Source: Paraglomus brasilianum
Taxonomy: Eukaryota
DNA length: 41,893 nt
Assembly (NCBI GenBank): GCA_910592345.1
Contig: CAJVPI010000217.1
Span: 1 to 41,893 of the forward strand
Reading direction: 5' to 3'
The first letter of the stretch is position 1; the number at the start of each line of letters is the position of its first letter. The position numbers were made by a program, and so were the translations under genes. The notes beneath the pieces were generated by a model. The model made no database searches. It saw only the letters and a list, made by a program, of their open reading frames with translations, and had not been told where the DNA came from. Positions 39,229 through 41,893 of the stretch are shown here, in pieces.

Positions 39229-39658
39229 TAAAGTTAAACAATAGTCGTACGAGATAATCTAGTTCTTCTGATGCGATCTAATACGTTAAACGTTTCTAAT
39301 ACTAACCATTAATGACAATTATCGCATGAAATCATGGCGCTTGCTTAAATAATGTCACACAGAATATGTGAATGTTTTGACATTCTGATTATGGTCACAC
39401 ATTTACCCACACATTTAACGTCGCAGTATAATTCCTATTGGGGCAGACTGCAACAAAACCAGACAAAGTGAACATTTGATTATGTGACATAAATGTGGCT
39501 GAATTTGACTAATAACATTTTGATTATCACAGCAATCGCTTGAACACAAATTTTATGTATCAAACTTCTATTACTATCTAAAAATTATACATGATTAATA
39601 TAGGATTATCTCTATATATAAAATAAAATATATGAAACTAATTTACATTAAATCCACC

Positions 39659-40060
39659 ATGGAACCAAAGAATTACAGCACTATTAGAAGCATTCTAAAA
39701 AAAGAACAGGGTGAAAAAATTGCCCCATAAATACATGATACCAAAGCTCTCCAAGAATATCTAGATAAAGAAAAAATCACTTATGAAATTTACCAAGAAG
39801 TACGAAAAATAATAAACAATAAACGAACATTAACACCAACTTATGATGAACCAAGAAAAAGACGAAAATTAGAAGACAGGTAAGGGAAAGCAGTTTAACA
39901 TTCCTTATAGTTTTTGACTTGTTGATAAAGAACTGTTTGAATGCGTTCGTTGAGCTTTGACCACGTTCACTACTTTGACACAATGCAATCAAAGAGTCAA
40001 ACAATGTAAAAATAAATCAATTTTTTCGTAGGCATAAATTTTATTATTTCGATTATAGAA
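39659..40060 (+). pseudogene. Small basic ORF with a premature stop
   Basis: MEPKNYSTIRSILKKEQGEKIAP*IHDTKALQEYLDKEKITYEIYQEVRKIINNKRTLTPTYDEPRKRRKLED, then a donor-like GGTAAG and a Cys-containing remnant. Confidence 0.45.
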
Positions 40061-40095
40061 TGCGCGCTCTTGAAAATATAAATAATAGTAAAAGC

Positions 40096-40174
40096 ACCAG
40101 AGTGATTGCATGGGAGGAAAATACTCGGACCCAAAGCCATTTGTGAGTATAACCTATTCTTTGGTCACTCTGGT
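40096..40174. other. Imperfect stem-loop between convergent ORFs
   Basis: accagagtga (40096-40105) pairs with tcactctggt (40165-40174); inner atactc (40121-40126) pairs with gagtat (40145-40150). Confidence 0.7.
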
Positions 40175-40184
40175 AAAATCTATA

Positions 40185-40637
40185 CTACGCTTCATTATTA
40201 TTAACGTCTTCATATCCTATTTCTCTATTCTTATTCAGCCATTCTTCGATAGCTTTTAGTGTGCTCTTCCTCAGATTTGTTTTTCGTTTGTAGAAACTTT
40301 TCAACGTGGAGGCTGCAACGCCTTTTCCTTTGCGTAATTCGCGGATTTCAGCGGCCATTTGATTAAATGAAAAATTCGGATCCAGCCCAGCTTTTTTGTC
40401 AAACAAGTTTTTAAAGTTCTTCAACAGTTTTTCGACGTCTGGTAAGTAACTTTGTTCGCCGAATTGTTTACTTGGTTTATTATTGTGCCTTTTCGTAGGC
40501 TCGATTAAATTGATTATTCGATCAATTTTTTGATTTATGACGTAAAGTTTATTTTTGTGGAGTATATAATAAAGCATGAAGCCAAGGAGAATTCCGATCA
40601 GTAATCCACAATAAAATTCGCTAGTGAAAGTGGGCAT
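40185..40637 (-). CDS. Intronless 150-aa protein: N-terminal TM helix and C-terminal putative Cro/XRE-like helix-turn-helix
   Basis: AAAATG start at 40637; hydrophobic FYCGLLIGILLGFMLYYIL; SFNQMAAEI..GVAASTLKSFYKRKTNLRKSTLKAIEEWL fits HTH spacing. Confidence 0.65.
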   Translation of the reverse strand: MPTFTSEFYCGLLIGILLGFMLYYILHKNKLYVINQKIDRIINLIEPTKRHNNKPSKQFGEQSYLPDVEKLLKNFKNLFDKKAGLDPNFSFNQMAAEIRELRKGKGVAASTLKSFYKRKTNLRKSTLKAIEEWLNKNREIGYEDVNNNEA

Positions 40638-40816
40638 TTTCAAATTGTTTAAGTCAAAGTAATCAATCAATTTAAATTGATGATTGTTAGGTATGAATGA
40701 AGAGAGATTCTGACGGTTTTGCTGTTTTTATAGTAACCTCATGTGCTCATAAAAGCAGAGACAAAACCCGTTTGATTTACCTCTGAATGGCAGTATAACA
40801 CTCACTAATTAAAACT

Positions 40817-40843
40817 TATTATTATTATTATTATTATTATATT
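40817..40843. repeat. (ATT)n microsatellite
   Basis: Seen directly. Confidence 0.9.
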
Positions 40844-41119
40844 GTGTGACGACAAATATTAGCACGTGTGTTGCATCAACATGTGATGCAATTGAGCACG
40901 GCAAGATATAAGCGCGCATTTGTCGAAGTCGAGGTGAAACAATGACGCGGGGAAAAAAAATAAAGGTAAAGGTAAGGTAGAGATATGCTCAAGCTTCACT
41001 TGCAAATGAAACCACTGGCTAGAATTAATGAGAGATAATAATAACTATAGCTTCTGCTCAAATCAGGTACGCCTACTAATACATCAACAGTCAGACACAA
41101 TACTGCCCCTCCGTTACAA

Positions 41120-41760
41120 ACAGAACTGTCTAGTGGTAAAGTAGATTTATTACGAGTACTGTTTTGTACAGGGAAGGCCAGACTTTTTTCAAACTGCTGG
41201 AACTGTCATTCGTTTTGCAATTGAGGTGAAATTCAAGCCTGTTTTATCTCTTGGCAGCCTTGCCTCAAAATACCAAAAAGACATGACTAATGTGATGAAA
41301 AATGAAATACATGAAACAACTTCTATAATCAAGTCAGCACAGCAGCTTTTTGGCTACCTTGGTTTGAATGGATTGCAGTATGGATTCCTCACTACTTATG
41401 AGCAAACATGGTTTTTCTGGAGGAACATGAAGGAATATACATATCACCAACTATTGAACATGACAGCATGAATCCAACCCTACTCCAGTGTTATGCTTGG
41501 GTAATTGCACAAGCACACATTAATCATAGAAGCCCAGATCTTCATGACAATGGAGAAAACAGTGATGATGATAATGACAAAGGCAGTAGTGATAGTGCTG
41601 GCTCTGCAAGAAGGTCTTCTGGACCACACAAGAGAAAAGACAATTCAAATGCAGGTAACCCTGCCAAAAGAACACAAATTGAAAAAATGAATTTGGGTGC
41701 CAGACATACTTCACCTAGAACAACCAGAAGAGCAAAGATTTTGACAGATAATATAGTCAC
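41120..41760 (+). pseudogene. Frameshifted PD-(D/E)xK REase-like domain of the type usually N-terminal to fungal/CRN kinase domains
   Basis: GRPDFF..FAIEVK..AQQLFGYLGLNGLQYGFLTTYEQTWFFWR-(shift)-GIYISPTIEHDSMNPTLLQCYAW, then an acidic/Ser linker. Confidence 0.6.
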
Positions 41761-41893
41761 TGAACATTTCACAAAATTTTTGATTGACTTGCAATTTCAT
41801 ATAAGGTTGCACAAATTAATTATTTGTTTTGATCTTGACATGGACTTTCTCCTTGATAATAATATGGTAACAGCAATTGTAATGATAAATAAA

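Noticed and set aside
1..41893. tRNA or rRNA genes, intact LTR/LINE elements, bacterial endosymbiont insert
   Set aside because: No cloverleaf or rRNA signature, no RT/integrase motifs and no operon-like bacterial genes seen by eye; small ncRNAs cannot be excluded without Infernal/tRNAscan

Overview
Eukaryotic, intron-rich, AT-rich fungal DNA. Gene style and repeat-family content suggest an early-diverging fungus, most likely Glomeromycotina (arbuscular mycorrhizal); this is inference. Six multi-exon genes could be reconstructed by eye from GT-AG introns: EI24 family (-), an acidic low-complexity orphan (-), an MTR4-type RNA helicase (-) with no obvious canonical N-terminal exon, a Ran1/Ksp1-family Ser/Thr kinase (+), an SCT1/GPT2-type glycerol-3-phosphate acyltransferase (-), and a large TRANK1-like SF1 helicase-TPR gene (-) with a RelE/ParE-like segment before the Walker A. 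About 14.6-21.9 kb is an island of decayed ORFs: a Crinkler-like kinase, an asfarvirus-like family-B DNA polymerase N-terminus divergent from an NCLDV-type zinc-ribbon endonuclease, an Mrr-like nuclease and a Sola-like transposase. The right end has an intronless TM+HTH ORF converging on a decayed ORF across a stem-loop, then a frameshifted REase-like pseudogene. All family calls come from recalled motifs; no database searches were run, and pseudogene boundaries are approximate.
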